This document shows, piece after piece, positions 63,582 to 64,000 of a stretch of 64,000 nt of DNA. A program made the position numbers and the translations under genes. Source of the stretch: Eledone cirrhosa (lineage: Eukaryota); assembly GCA_964016885.1 (NCBI GenBank), contig OZ024757.1:16926001-16990000 (forward strand). The letters are read 5' to 3'. Below the pieces are notes generated by a model. The model saw only the letters and a list, made by a program, of their open reading frames with translations. It made no database searches and was not told the origin of the DNA. How positions within the stretch are numbered: the stretch's first letter is position 1; each line of letters starts with the position of its first letter.

Positions 63582-64000
63582 ATTATTAACCCTTTCGTCT
63601 GAAGATTGCCACCCTACTTCTACCCTAATATGTCATCCACCTCGTGGTCCTGGCCAACAGGATGGAGAAAATATTGCCCTGGAGGATGATGAGGGAGAAG
63701 GCTAGTACACCCACTCCACCTTGTGAGGCGTGCACTAGTGGGCAGCCAACTGCTCTGATAGCAGTGAGCAGGAATGTGGTTCGAGGAACAAGATCGCCAG
63801 AAGTCTCCACTTCTACAGGCTTAACAACAAACCTATCTACTTTATATATTAAAGATAGAACAAGATTGCTACTTTATATACTAGAGATAGAACGGGATAA
63901 TACTTTATACATTAGAAATAAGACTACATAACTATTTTATATATTAGAGATAGAATGGGATAATACTTTATATATTAGAAATATAACTATATAACTACTT

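Noticed and set aside
63625-63931. ORFs as a further EHMT exon
   Set aside because: No ankyrin-like sequence in the translations and no convincing phase-compatible splice sites.

Overview
Repeat-rich animal genomic DNA, most likely an octopus or other coleoid cephalopod (inferred from the C2H2 finger style YHCDICGKSFS...HTGEKP and the SINE/microsatellite content). Positions 1-12790 are the end of a 146-bp satellite array. Positions 13-29 kb hold decayed retroelements (RTE LINE, Ty3/gypsy gag-protease, R2/Hero-type endonuclease, Penelope-like element), a 97-bp minisatellite and nested tandem duplications. A 13-finger C2H2 zinc-finger gene lies on the minus strand at 29669-30856, with a probable promoter near 35.5 kb. 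The 3' part of a G9a/GLP (EHMT1/2-type) H3K9 methyltransferase gene runs on the minus strand from 63332 to 43443: 12 coding exons that splice in frame to 423 codons covering ankyrin, pre-SET, SET and post-SET regions. Its introns contain SINEs, mariner/rosa/piggyBac-type MITEs and minisatellites. Least expected: several minimal type I hammerhead ribozyme motifs of the Penelope kind, including a pair on the two arms of a ~230-bp inverted repeat in an EHMT intron; an array of ~23 five-codon uORFs in the probable ZNF 5' UTR; and strictly alternating SINE orientations around the EHMT exons. All calls were made by eye; no searches or folding programs were run.
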